Of a stretch of 64,000 nt of DNA, positions 1 to 48,448 are shown in pieces. The DNA comes from Amoebidium appalachense (lineage: Eukaryota > Protista > Ichthyosporea). The DNA is taken from the NCBI GenBank assembly GCA_963693365.1, contig CAVNZM010000009.1, positions 7,731,408 to 7,795,407 on the forward strand, written 5' to 3'. Numbering within the stretch: position 1 is the first letter of the stretch; each line of letters starts with the position of its first letter. A program made the position numbers and the translations under genes. Under the pieces are notes generated by a model that worked only from the letters and a program-made list of their open reading frames with translations, was not told the origin of the DNA and searched no databases.

Positions 1-271
1 TGTTTTTCCCCCTAAAGTTGTGGCTACTCTGATATCTGTTCAGGAGGAGGAAAATTTGAAGAGTGCACCTGCAACGCAGGAGGAAGAAAGAGAGTGCAGC
101 TGTAGCTCGGCACAAGCAAATCAAATCCGAGTCATGAATTCACGAGAGACTCTGAGGCTGCCTGGTTAAGACTGTTGACATTTGATGTCTGAGTTCTTGA
201 TTACAACACAGAGCAACATAAGACATCATAAAGATACAGCGTAGAATTTACTAGCAAAAAGAGATTGAAAA

Positions 272-10110
<9,839 letters not shown>

Positions 10111-10382
10111 TTTTTTCTAAAAAAAGAGTGAGGGGGGGAGGGGAAGGGGGGCCGGTGTGGGGAGGGGGGGGGAGGGGGGGGGGAGGGGAGGGGGGGGGGG
10201 GGGGTAAATGTGTGTGTGGCTTCTTGGGGAGAGGGGAGGGGGGGGGGGGGGGGGGGGGGTAAATGTGTGTGTGGCTTCTGGGGGAGAGGGGAGGGGGGGG
10301 AGGGGGGGGGTATACTCTAATTTTCTTCTTTCGCACTCCGCGGGAGAGGGGGGCGGGGGGAAGGGAGGGAGGATGAAGAGGG

Positions 10383-10416
<34 letters not shown>

Positions 10417-11196
10417 ATGTGGGGTCTCAAGGAATTTATCCGCATGTGTATGGTTAAGGGGTGTTTTAAAGGGGTTTTGGGTGTTAGGTGATGGTGAATG
10501 ACTGGAAGGGTGGATGGGTGGATGGCAGTGAAAAGGAGGGTTTTTTTTTTTTTTTTTTTTTTTGTTGTTGTTGTTCTTTTTTTTCTTGGGGGGGGGGGAG
10601 AGGGAGGAGGAGGGGGGAGGGGGGGGGGGGGAAGGGGCAAGCCACATTACAGAACTATTTGGCTGTGTACAGTATAAATCGGTTGTGGTGATAGATTTAA
10701 ACCGAAAAGAATAAGTCTTGTGCTATTTGCAGTATATGAGTATGTGTTTGTTTGTACAGATGGGCTGGTCCCAAGAAATTTCTATCTCGCTATCTTTCAT
10801 ATATTTCACTATTTACAGCTTGCATGCTTTTTTAGCACGCGGATTATAGCATCCAAGCATGCACCAATAGGTACAAAGAAGCAAGATATACATTGAATTT
10901 CGAGGATATGTGTGTATGCATATCCCCGAGTCGTTCGAAGCTCGAAGCATTAAAATGTAAATAAACATCATCGATGGAACTTTTAAGTTTTATTGCACAT
11001 TTATGCCTCGAATTTCAATTCGAGTTGTCCATCACGGCGCTCGAGGCTGCATATGACGCGCATTGTGACATTATACTTATGCACGTGTAGAGCACGTGTA
11101 CCACCTAACGTTGGTGTAACCTCCCTCCCCCTCCCCCCCTCCCCCCCCCCCCCGCCCCTTCTTCCACTTTTCGGTTTCTCGGGCATGTGCACTTTA

Positions 11197-11252
<56 letters not shown>

Positions 11253-11307
11253 CCCTTCTCTTCCACTTTTCCGAATTCTCGGGCATGTGCACTTCAATCC
11301 CGTTTCT

Positions 11308-11344
<37 letters not shown>

Positions 11345-11665
11345 CTCCGGCCCCTCCCGTGCCCGGCCCCCTCTAAATTTACTAAGCGGCTCGATGATAT
11401 ATTCTAGGTGGCCGGCAAGATGAATCTCAGGAGGGAATATTGGGAGCTTGCATGCTTGTGCATTGGACACGTCATGATCAGAACTTGACAAATGTATTAC
11501 ATGTGTGCACGTACCAAAAATTTCTTCCAAGGGATGCGCATGCATATGTGGTTTGTGAACTTTCGAGGTTTCCTAGATTTGGGCTCGCCTCCCCCTGTCC
11601 CCCCTCATGGCTCTCCCATGGGGCAGTGTACACACTCGTACGTACACATATCGAGTCCGACAGCA

Positions 11666-11704
<39 letters not shown>

Positions 11705-12167
11705 TCCCGCCAGTGCTACATCCCCTCCCCCCCCCCCCCTCCCCCCCCCCCCCCCCCCTCCCGGCGCCATCCTCCGGGACTCCCTCAGGGGGTCCTCTCC
11801 CCTCCCCCGACACTCCCCCGAGGGGTCCTCTCCCTCCCCGACACAATAATAAATTCCATTCGAGCGAAATTTTAAGGGGGACACTGGATTACGCTGCATG
11901 CAATCATGAGGTCGCCATGCATAACTTACTGCAATCGATTGCAAATTCTGTCTGTGAAGGCACGTCCGCTTGCAAATACGTAGCTGTGTGACTGATGGGC
12001 GGTCGAGCCACGGTGCTCAGACGGTGTCGGAATAACTTTTGGTTGATGTGCTCCCTAATTACTTTATATGTGTGTTCTGTTTTGCTTTTATCCATCATAA
12101 TCATCCCGACCCCCCCACACACACCACCACCACCAGCGGCCCCTTTTTCATATACGTATATGACCAC

Positions 12168-12212
<45 letters not shown>

Positions 12213-12991
12213 GTTTTTTTTTCTTTTTTTTTTGCATAAGTTTTGACCTATTTTCTCAATGTTGGTTGAAGATACATTCCAGACATTTTCACATAACTTA
12301 GTAACACCATTGTACATAAACCCACACTAAAATATAGATAGATACATGAAGCTGGGTACCAATAACGATAAAAATAGTTTACGAGCAGGACTTGTTATTC
12401 CCACATCGTTTCCATTCACACGAACCTCGATATCACTAAAGCTAAACGGGCTTGATACGATACCAACACGTACATACTCGTATGATCCATGCGAACACAC
12501 ACACACAGTTATATCCACCTATACGAACAATCTCACAACACAAACGAAAAACCACCATCCTACAATATCATCTGAGGCTCAGCTATAGAACCAAAGAGTT
12601 ATCGGGTTCATAAAGCCAAAAAATCGAATACGAAACATAGTTCTATTAGCCATATCAAAATGCAAATGTCCATGATAGATGTGCCTCCAAACTTATGGAA
12701 GACCCCCCCCCCCCAAAAAAAAAAAAAGAAGGAACAAAGGCAACTTTGAGGGAAGAAGGAAAAGTTGGTGGAAAGGGGGAGAGGGGGGGGGGGGGGGGGG
12801 GAGGGGGGAAGGGAGGGGGAGGGGGTATATACGGTTATTACTGAATATAATGGGTAGGAAACCATTCGACAAGAGAACCATACAGTAAGCCATCCGTTTA
12901 AGCACCAACCATCCAACCATTCTGCATAAAACCCTTACGAAACCCAAGTACAAGTTTTGTAAAACTCATCAACAAATGTTGAACATTCAAC

Positions 12992-13483
12992 TTAGAAAGA
13001 CAAATCTGACAGACAGGAAGACCCCAGCGTCACCTCGCTCTCCTCCGAATTCATAGACGAGTCGTACCGATCGTCGACTTTTGCAGCCAGGGCTTCAATG
13101 TTGATAAAAGGAAGTGGGGATGGGGGGCACTCCGACGAGTTTGAGCCCATGGGCGAGGTCTCCAGAACTGTTGGGGTTGAGAGGGTGATTGTTAGTTTCT
13201 GATTGTGAGGCGCTAGGGCTGGGTAGGAATGCTGGGAGTATAACTGCCTGCGAATGTGCCCCCCCCCCCCCCCCCCCCCCCCCTTCCCGCTCGGGTAGGG
13301 GTAGTGATGGGGGGGGGGGGGGGGGGGGGGGGGAGGGGATGGACATGGATATGCCACCGAATGGAAGAGACAGGAATCCAACAGAGAGGGGAGGAGAGCA
13401 GAGGACGAAGAGGGGTAAGACACAGTCGAGGACATGTTGTAAGTCCTGTTTAGTCAATGTTATAGGGGAAGAGTTACCCCCAA

Positions 13484-13539
<56 letters not shown>

Positions 13540-14197
13540 GGTAAAGGAAGCGCCAGGGGATGTGTGGGAGGTTCATATGGGAAGGTGTCATCCAATCCAT
13601 GCTGAAAGAAAGAGGTTGGGGGTAGAAGCAAAGGGGAGGGGGAGGAGGAAGGGATGGGGTGGGAGGGGGATGGGGGTGGGAGCGAGCAAGGAAGAGAGAT
13701 ACTCCACGAGAGAGGGAGGGGAGGGGGGAGGGGGGGAGGGGGGGGGTGGGAGGGGGGAGGGGAGGAAGGGGGGAGAGCAAGAGAGAGGGAGGGAGGAAAT
13801 GAATCGGTATATTGCAGCGAGGCAGCTGGAAGACCAAAAGAACAGGTTGGCATAAGCGAAAGGAGAGGATGACGCTCAGTCGTGTGGGCAAAACTGGGGC
13901 GCCGGTGGGGGAGGGGGAGGGGGGGGGGGGGGGGGGGGGGGAGGGGCGCGTGTGAAACGGTAGATTGTGATATTGTTTTGTTGGGACAACGGTACGGAGG
14001 AGCAGAGATGGACACCTGGTTTTTCTTTCTTTCTTTTTTCCAAAAAGGGGGAAGTGGGGAGGCGTGTGGCAAAGAGGGGCAAGGGGAGAAGGGAGAGGAG
14101 GAGGTGGACGGAGAGGGGCGGGGAGGGGGGGGGGGGGGGAAGAAGAAGGGGAAGGGCAGGAGGAGAAGAAGGTGTGGGAGGGGGGGTAGAGGGGGCG

Positions 14198-14231
<34 letters not shown>

Positions 14232-15911
14232 GGGGTTGAGGAAAAGCAGAACAAAACGACAAAAAGAAAGCCCCTCGATGGATCTAAGGGCTTTTAGATC
14301 ACAGCCCCATGGGCAGGGAGGGGGATTGTGTATATGTGTATGTGTGTGTGTTTTGGGGGAGGGAGGGATGGAAGGGTGAGGGGGGAGGGGGGGGGGAAGA
14401 GTGGGAAGGGGGAAGGGGAGGAACACGTGCAGAGCCAAGTCATAGAAAAGGAAATCCCTCAGTGTGCAAGATTTAATCTAAGAGCTTGGGATTTTGTCCA
14501 CAAAACCAATTGGCAAAAGGTCAAGTTCAGAACAGCATGCCACCCATTCCACAGTTTGCTTGTTTTTGCGCTTCTTGTAAGAGCATTTCAGTGAAACAAG
14601 CATTTTTATTTCGCAACAGCCAAAAATAAAAACGAGGCACGCGTAGAGGCAGCGGCACCTACCATCCAGATCGAAGTTTGTCTGGAGGTCAAGCGTAGGG
14701 GTGGCCGTGTCGGAAAAGGTAGGGGAAGATGGCTGGTACGGCGACTGGCAGGCCGACCACCCTCCCGTTTCGGGAGAAGACGGAAGATCCTGGGAAAACA
14801 GGTTTACAGCCGCTTCGGTAGACATGGTGAATGAGGACGGATAAGACATGCTCATGGGAGTAGCCATGGGTGCCGGAACGAAAGCTGCCATGTTTGCACC
14901 CACATGCCGGATGCGAGTGATCATAGAAGGTTTCCGCATGGCCCGGACTGGTGGGGGTGGTGGCGGAAGGGGTGTGTGAAGGCCCATACCCGAGTATGCC
15001 ATAGAGGCCCAAGTTGGCTGTGGTTGCCACATCGGTGGTTGGTGTGAGTGAATGGGTTCACCCGGGAGCCGTAGGCGGACCATCTGAGGAGGTTGGGAAA
15101 GTTGGGGTGGCGGTGGTGGTGGTGGTGGGCACTGCCCTAGACGCATGCTGTTGTCCGGATGGTTTGCTTGGGGGAGAAGGTTGAAGGAGGGAAGCTGAGG
15201 AAGTGCGAGTGAAGCATTGTTGCCGTTCCCCTCCTTTTCAAGCACTTGTAGCTGCTGGATGATAGCTGTTTGTTGCAGGAGCAGCTGCTGCTGTTGCTTG
15301 TGGATCTGCATGTACTGAGCAACTAGCTGCTCGTAGCTGACTACCTCAAGCTTATCACTTGGTTTCGGCACACAGGAAATACTCTCGCTCTCCTTCTCTC
15401 TCTTTACCCTACTCTGCCGCTGCGTTTTCGCTGTGTTTTCCCGGTCCGTCAAAGATGATGTTTTCATGCTCTCGTCTCCGCTGTCCGGGCACTCGGGCGT
15501 TGAGACGATGGAGGCCGAACGTGTTCGCTCGTTGCTTGCCCCGCTCGAATTGGACCTGCTTTTAGAAGGTCGCTTTCTGGGTTTTGGAGCGGGTGGGGCG
15601 GTAGTGACCAGCTGTGATTTCGAGGCTTTGTGTGTGACTGGGTCATAAGGGTGGTAGTGAAAGTTTTTGATCTTGGGCTCTGTTGTAGGTGTGGGGGCAA
15701 AGGAAGCCTGAGCGGCTGTGCCTGAATTCATAGTGTTTCCGTTTTCAAAACAGCTTATAGAACCTGTTTCGCCAAGTGAATCGTTTGAGATGTCGTTCGT
15801 TTGGAAGCATTCGTAATCTCTGGCTAGTGGGTCAAAGTAATCTACCATAACGTGCCCTGGCTCGGGCTTTATGGCCTGCATGGTGGAACCCATAACCTGA
15901 AAACATGCCAT
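12992..15911 (-). CDS. Uncharacterised Gln/Pro/Ser-rich, probably disordered protein, 2 exons, ~474 aa
   Basis: Repeat-free ORF from ATG 15911. Donor G|GTAGGT after 14663; acceptor CTAAC...AACAG| before 13167; phases match (GAT G|TT CTG GAG); stop TAA at 12994-12992. Contains a basic stretch (PKPRKRPSKSR), FHYHPY, a Q-rich helix and poly-Pro. No domain recognised. Confidence 0.75.
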
Positions 15912-18642
15912 GTTTGGAGGAGTAAAAGGGAGGAGGGTATAAAACCCGAGGGAAAAAGAGAGGGAGAAAGGGAACTAATCTAAAACCAGAATCTTACATA
16001 GCTCTCCCTCCTACAACTTCACAACTAAGACAACAAAACGAGAGATTGCTGTTCGGAGCCTCGGCATGAGTCCGCGGCGCTCTACAAAACTTTGAACCAA
16101 GTAGCAAAGAGCTAAAGGGCAAAATAGGGGTGCGGGCCACCAACAAAAAAAACACAGTGATTAGGTGCTAAAAGTTTTAAACAATGTATGGATTAATTAA
16201 CGAATGAACATTTGTATTTACGTTACTATGACAGGCTGTCAGCATATTGTTTTCGCGTGTAGGTATTCAACCAGTCCCCACCAGCAAGGCAGGCGGAATC
16301 CCCGGAGACTCCTCTGTCGGGGGCGCGGCGGGACTCTTCAGTTCCAGACGTTTCCGGTTCTCCCACCAAGCGAACTTCCGTTTCAAAGGTTTTATGGTAT
16401 TAAAGAAGTAAGGCACACACCATGACAGCGTTTCTTTGTTTATTGAGACTTGTTTTATATAGTAACACGCATCATACATTCAAAAATATGACCGGTTCGA
16501 GATATCGTTGGCGGTCAAAATTTCCGTCTGAATTTACCTGGAGTGGAAAGTCGTCAATATTGACTCGTCAAACTTACCTACACTTCATATTCGAGAGTAA
16601 TGGAAGTTATATAAAACCTTAATTTCCACATTTGTTTTATACCTCATGTTAGAAATATCTGTAAAGTCTTGATTCTTTACTACTTCAGACGAGATTAAAA
16701 AATACAAAAGAAATACAACAGTCAGCAAGAAAGTTTAGGAGACCTACAGTGGGCCACCAGAAATCAATCAGAATGCGCTCGGTAAGAACGCTGCAATTTT
16801 GATCAATTAGCACGGTGACTGAATGCGGCCAACAAAAGCCACACGATTCACAATGCATCTGTATACGCCTGAACACCTATACATTGAAGACGCATATGCA
16901 TAAAAATAATAAATATTAAGAACCTGTTCAGTATCAAATGATTTTGACCCCACAAGTCTTTAATTTGGCAACCGGTTTGTCCTAAGCTGGCTCACTCCCA
17001 TGCGAGTAGTCCTGGTGCGCTCGAGGCGGCAAGACATTTTTGCCGCCCCCTGAAGTCTCTGCCGCAAGCCAATCACGTCTGCTCCAACTTAGCACAGAAA
17101 TTTTGGCTCTAGCCCTTGGATTGGTGCAGCGCGCACCAGGGAAGGATTTTCATAGTGATGCTTCTATTTATTTACTTATTTATTTTATTTTTGGTGGACA
17201 TTTGCGAACTATATATATGATATTGGTTAGCGCCTATATGATATGGATTATTATATTAAGAAGCAGAGATATGCCACGGCGAGTGTGGCTGTATGATGGC
17301 CGGATACTGCAGAAACGGCGCCGTTACATACGACGGTGCATGATCACAGATCTTGACTCGTCCGAACGGGACCCCTCGCCGCCGCAGCTAAAGTAGCTTC
17401 GCCAGCGCCACAAGCACCTTCAAGGGTTCCCCGTCAACAACGCAATTATGGCACCTGGCCCCACTACGCCCTGGCGTAGCCGATATTTCCGGACAAACCT
17501 CTCACCTACCATTGACGGCCAACAGATAGCACAAACACACATACGCATGCATCCATGAGTCACAGTACTAGTGAGGTGTCGGCCGACGTGCACGACTGCA
17601 TGCGCAGCTGCACCGGATCACGCACCCACTAGCTAGGGCAGCAAGTTGCCAGCAGCTTTCGCCAGCAAGCAGTCGTCAGAGTCGCCTGTAACTACGTGGT
17701 GGAAGTACCGTGGAACGTTACCAAGCTAGGGCTTGTTCTAAATATAACTTCACAGTGCGCAGCTGGTGCTGAGCACTTCTAGATCTTCGTGCGCGCACCG
17801 TCGACGTCACCGTGGCGGTGGTGATTTCAAAATACTGAAGATGTCGATTTTCAACATATCATAGACATATGAACCAGTACTGGGGGAGCCACCGTTCTTC
17901 TACTGTCCCCCCCCCCCCCCCTCCCTCCCCCCCCCCCCTCCCCCTCCTCCTCCTCGGCTCCCCCCTTCCCCCCGTGTGCACGTGCTGCTGGCGCCCGGGG
18001 GACAGGAGGGGGGAGGGGGTGGGGGGGGGAGGGGGGGGGGAGGGGGGGGGGGGGGGGGGGGGGATTTTTTTTAGCTCTGAGACAGAAGAGCTGTTTTAAT
18101 AGAGTCCCACTCGGATCACAGACTACCACGTCTTCATGAGTGGAAAGTCGAATCTCGAGTATTTATCGAAAATCCAAAACAGGTCCTTCGTTGCGGTCGT
18201 AATGCTGACTCAAACTAATAATAATATTAGTAATATTATGTTATTATAAACACTAATATAATATTAGTAAATATGATATCATAATATCATTACTATGTAG
18301 AGCTGTAACCAGCATCAACCAAACACTGTTTTGTCAAAGCTATCACGTATGATTTTAGGGTACTACTTTTGTTACATGTAGTCGAAAAGAATATTAATTA
18401 TGCACTCAATAAAGCAAGATATGATCAACATTAAATCGGTGGATTGTGTGTGAAGATACAAAGTTCTAGTATACTTTTTTGAGTCATAACAGAAGTAGTG
18501 GTCTTTCTTTGTGTACAAATTTGCAATATCGTAGTGACTGTAGCCGAACGTTCATGATCATTCACAATGCAGATCGATTCACTGACAAAGAATCATTTGT
18601 TTAATAGAAATATGCCGCCACCACTTCGTCATCCAGAACCGT

Positions 18643-36273
<17,631 letters not shown>

Positions 36274-36838
36274 GTTGACTTGAATCTAAAGGGCTAAGAT
36301 TCTTGTAACAGACGAAAGTGTCTGGAACTATTTCCTATAGCTAGTGCTAGGTGGAAGCAAGGCGTGGCAATACTTCCCTTATGATAGCGACAATTCTTGT
36401 AACTAATGAAGCTAATTGGGCCATGCCTTTCTAAGATGCTTGTGACTAACTCCTGAAATTCTTACATTTTACAAAACTTTGACTGAGAGCTGCTGGGGGC
36501 GGGGGGGAGGGGGGGGGGGGGGGGGGGGGGGGGAGGGGGTAATATTCCATTTGCATTGCAGGGCAATGATTGGATTACACGTCCAGCTTATCAAACGCCA
36601 GAGATGATCTACAGGTAATAAATACATCAGAGAAAATAAAAAAAAACAAAGAGAATAAAGAAAAAGAAAATAAAGCACTTTCATGTTACTTATAGTAGAT
36701 TTTGGTTTGATCCTTGCTTAGGTCGTAAAAAAAAAATCTTCCACAGGCGACAGTAACAACAGTAACTTGGTTGGAGACTCAGTTTCAGAAACCCAGCATT
36801 GGTTGGCTAAAGGTCATGAGCTATTTTAGGCGCTTAAA

Positions 36839-36852
36839 TTTTGGCGCCAAAA
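36839..36852. promoter_or_regulatory. Palindromic E2F-like site TTTTGGCGCCAAAA in the divergent HSF2BP-like/NASP promoter
   Basis: Perfect 14-bp palindrome reading TTTGGCGC on both strands, ~180 bp upstream of the NASP ATG. A related TTTAGGCGC lies at ~36825 and an ATTGG (CCAAT box) at ~36798. Confidence 0.6.
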
Positions 36853-37034
36853 CCATTTGCTTTCAGACAACTGCCCCCGTTTCCTGTCACCTGTAGCTGT
36901 CACCTGTCACACGCAGACCTTTGCTTTCCACGAAACCCTTGAAATCCTATTCTTCTCTTATACTGCATCTTGAAAAAAACCACCTAAAAAAAAAAGCGCA
37001 TCTTTTTTTCTTTCTCACACAAAAACTAAAAAAA

Positions 37035-44379
<7,345 letters not shown>

Positions 44380-44427
44380 AATTTAATGGCTTGGGGCATA
44401 TGTGAATGTAGTGATGTTTTTTTTTTT

Positions 44428-44474
<47 letters not shown>

Positions 44475-44842
44475 CTGTAAAAAATTTTCTTTCGTTCTTT
44501 TTTTTGGGGGGGGGGGGGGAGGGGGGGGGGGGGGGGTTCCATTTCACCACCGAAGTATCTTGCTTTTTAAATCATTAGAATATGACTTAGATATTGATGC
44601 ACCAAAAAACGAATGATACGTTGATACATGCACGATGATGGTGGTGACACACGTGGTGGTGAGTGTAAATCAATAACAGACATAAGGTTTTGATCTTTGT
44701 GTACCTTTTGGTTTTGATCTTCGGTATGATTTCCTGAGTCTATCACTTGTCAAGACATCGAGACGATGCATGAGGTGCATGTACACGCAAACACTGTGAA
44801 ATATGTGTATGCCCACATTCGCTTGTGTGTGTGTGTGTGGCG

Positions 44843-44884
<42 letters not shown>

Positions 44885-44925
44885 GTCACGTCCACACGCG
44901 CGCGCTCTTACACACACACAGACAC

Positions 44926-44957
<32 letters not shown>

Positions 44958-45626
44958 TGTACACATTTCACTGAAAAACATTCACACTCATTCACCCATT
45001 CACTCACGTGCACGTACATGAACATGCATCATTTCTCATATGGCAGACGAAGCACTACTCTCACTACTAATATATAATGGTGTACGGTTTCTTTTGTTCT
45101 TTCTTGGCAACCATTGTGTGATCAATGGACAGACAACCACACATTTAATACCTCTCACTTTCGAAGGCCCGGTGTACATCCAAGTAACGTGCCCCTCCTG
45201 TCCTATTTATTAGACAGCTCGTTTGACGGTTAGAGGACATGTTCATACAACGCCACAGTGCACAGAATGTCTCTAAACACGTGTGCTATGGGGGGTGGTG
45301 CCACCTGCACGTGTTACGCCATGTGTACGCCCGCGTGCTCCGCCGACCGGTTTCATTTTCATCGCTCAATAGCTAGTAGACTGCGTAGTCGCGGTTATTT
45401 GGTTGTCACCTGTGAAGATGGGGGGTTGCAAACTTGCAATGTGTCCACAGTGCTAGCGCTTCTTATTACATGCCCACACATGTACACACAAACTCTTGAA
45501 ACCCCCCCCCCTCCCCTCCCAATATTAATCTCATCTCCCCATGCTGACCCTTGATACAAGAAAGGAAAACGTGTTGTTTTAAAATGGATGGATTTCGAAA
45601 AAAACGAAACAGCCTTTTTTTTTTTT

Positions 45627-45679
<53 letters not shown>

Positions 45680-46413
45680 GGGAGAGAGTGAGAAAGAGAG
45701 AAAGAGAGATTCATTCGGAATTTTCTTACGTTGTCAATGCTTTTATACAACAAGTAAAACACATTCTGCACGCAAAAGCTAGTTGCAAGGTTGAGGAATT
45801 GAGTGTTTTGGAGTGAGGGGAGGGGAGGGGAGGGGAGGGGAGGGGAGAGGAGGAGGAGATGGGGGAATTTGGGTTAGACTTAGAATTTTCTACCATTTTT
45901 TGATATTTATTTATTTTGTGTTTTACATTGAATATTATGTTTTTCAGGATCTTGGGGCAAGTACAGACTGGGACGGCTACCAGCTTCCGGATGCAAATGT
46001 CGTGTCAGTTGTCTGCCATATGGATATTCGGGTTTGATATACTATCCGCAAAGAGACGCAGTGGGGTTTGCAGAAAACCCCACACGACGAAAGGCACCTA
46101 GCCGATAGCGATAGATATGTATGTTGTCAACCCTGCGGCATGGAGCCAAAACCTGCATGTGATCAGGAGCCAACCGAAATGGGGCAACACACCCCATGGA
46201 AGGAGGTGTAATCCACACGGCTGTAAAGATATCAGAACAAGTGGGTGAGTGTGCTGCCTAAAGGCCATAAGCTGTAAGAAAAATTAAAAAACAAATCCAA
46301 TTTTTTCTTTTCTCTTCAGGTTTATTCGTTTTATTGATTCGTTTTATTTTATTTATTTGTTTATTTATTATTATTATTATTGTTGTTGTTATTATTTGTT
46401 TGTGTGTGTGACG

Positions 46414-46496
<83 letters not shown>

Positions 46497-47142
46497 TTTT
46501 TTGGGGGGGGGGGGGGGGGGTCGGTGCATAATATTCAATGCAGCGGCTTGTATTCATAAAAGCTCACAATCTACTGATTTCCATTGCTGGGGTGTGGTGC
46601 CAGAGTGTGTTTTAATATCATGAGTTAGCTGTAATATATAATAGTGTAGTTAATGCCTGCTACCAACAGCTACATGAAAGAGCGCGCTTGTATTGGTTGA
46701 TTGCAGTATGCATAAAGAGAGATAAATTCAATAAATAGCCTTATATTGCTGTTATCTACCAATGTATATGTTGACTATAATGAAAAAAATGTTAATACGG
46801 TAGGCTCCTGGGGGCATAACTACCAACAGGCATCGGAACATATAAGAACACGGCGCCAATCAAACAGGGAAAGGAAAAAGTAGAGGTTTCATCTACTTTG
46901 CCCTAGTGTACAAATTTAAGTTTATGTCTGCAATTATTAATTCCGTACGGCGTCCAAACATCACAGATTGTTCATCCGTTTCCAAAGGTTTTTTCTAAAC
47001 ACCACAAACACCCTGGCTGTGGGGTTGTTGGGTTACACAATCAGTAGTGGGTGCATATTAGAGGCACCACGCCTGATCAAAATTTCCAATAGTAGAATTA
47101 TCTTGACTGTAAAATCAAAAAAAACTCTTTTTTTTTTTTTTT

Positions 47143-47201
<59 letters not shown>

Positions 47202-47343
47202 ATGGTGAGGGACGGGGGAGGGAGGGGGGGGGGGGGGGGGGGTCACGCGCTCACATTCATACGCAAAGAGAGTGAGACCCACACACACGCTTGCAAACAC
47301 ACGCTCGCAAAAAGATACGAACACACACACACACACATTGCCA

Positions 47344-47412
<69 letters not shown>

Positions 47413-47532
47413 ACATGCACACGCACACACTCACACTCACACGCACACGCACACGCACACGCACACGCACACGCACACACGTACGCACGCGCACACGCAC
47501 GCGCAAGCGCACGCGCACGCACACGCACACGC

Positions 47533-47588
<56 letters not shown>

Positions 47589-47848
47589 GCCCACACACGC
47601 ACGCACACACACACACACGCAAAAAAAAAGGGGGGGCACACACACAAACACAAGTACGGACTATCATGATCAAAAATACACATAGCACACACACGTCCAC
47701 AGATACACACACAGACACACACACACGAAACAACAACAACAAAAAAGCACACAAAAATGAACCTCTTGAGCACACAGAAAATACACACCGAATCGAATCG
47801 CATGTGCGCCATTAGGAAAAAACACACACCACTCGCGCACAAGTACAC

Positions 47849-47888
<40 letters not shown>

Positions 47889-48295
47889 TTATACATAGCA
47901 TTATCACACATGCAACTTGAAGGCTCACAGAAAATATACGCTGCAGACGTGCGCAACATTGGCTAACTAAGGACAACCATATGAAACACCCACTTGTACC
48001 CGCTCGTGCCTTATTGTTTCTGTATCTATTTTTTCCGTGCTGCAGTCACTACAGAATATATCTCTACCGCACTGCGGCATAAACAACTTACATACGATAT
48101 GAAAAGCATTTTGAGTTACACATGTGTGCTGGCAGTGCATTGACGTTCCACAATAAACTTCGTGCATGAACCCAGGGCCTATTCGGAAAGAAAGAAAGAA
48201 ATGTCGCGTCGAAGCACACAGGCTAGGGCAAGTTTTAGTGCCCTTGGTGCCATATGTGCTCTTCCCGCGGCCGGTACATGGTCGCTGCAGGCAGC

Positions 48296-48448
48296 TTACT
48301 TCTTGCCGTGCTTCTTGCCGCCCTTTGGCGAGTCGGTGGCGTCACCCTTCTTGCCCTTCTTGGGCGACTCGGGGGCGGGGGCGGCCTCAGCCTTGCCGGG
48401 GGCCTGGGCGGCGGGGGCATCGGCCTTCTTTCCGTGGTCTCTTCCCAT
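48296..48448 (-). CDS. 50-aa Lys/Ala/Pro/Gly-rich SPKK-motif mini-protein, copy 1
   Basis: MGRDHGKKADAPAAQAPGKAEAAPAPESPKKGKKGDATDSPKGGKKHGKK*. GCCACCATGG start context, strongly G/C-ending codons, TATATAAA at 48524-48517 with TCAGT ~30 nt downstream. Three copies in the window. Confidence 0.8.
   Translation of the reverse strand: MGRDHGKKADAPAAQAPGKAEAAPAPESPKKGKKGDATDSPKGGKKHGKK

Noticed and set aside
14478-14662. Hydrophobic Cys-rich C-terminus of the 477-aa ORF, resembling a transmembrane tail
   Set aside because: It lies beyond a good donor at 14662, and a phase-matched terminal exon with a branch point exists at 13167-12992; likely intron read-through.
16490-16505. GGTTCGA T-loop-like motifs (also ~54111) as tRNA genes
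   Set aside because: No surrounding cloverleaf stems could be formed.
45948-46037. Possible isolated terminal exon (TTTTCAG|DLGASTDWDGYQ...)
   Set aside because: No linked upstream exon or recognisable homology; NASP already terminates at 44379.
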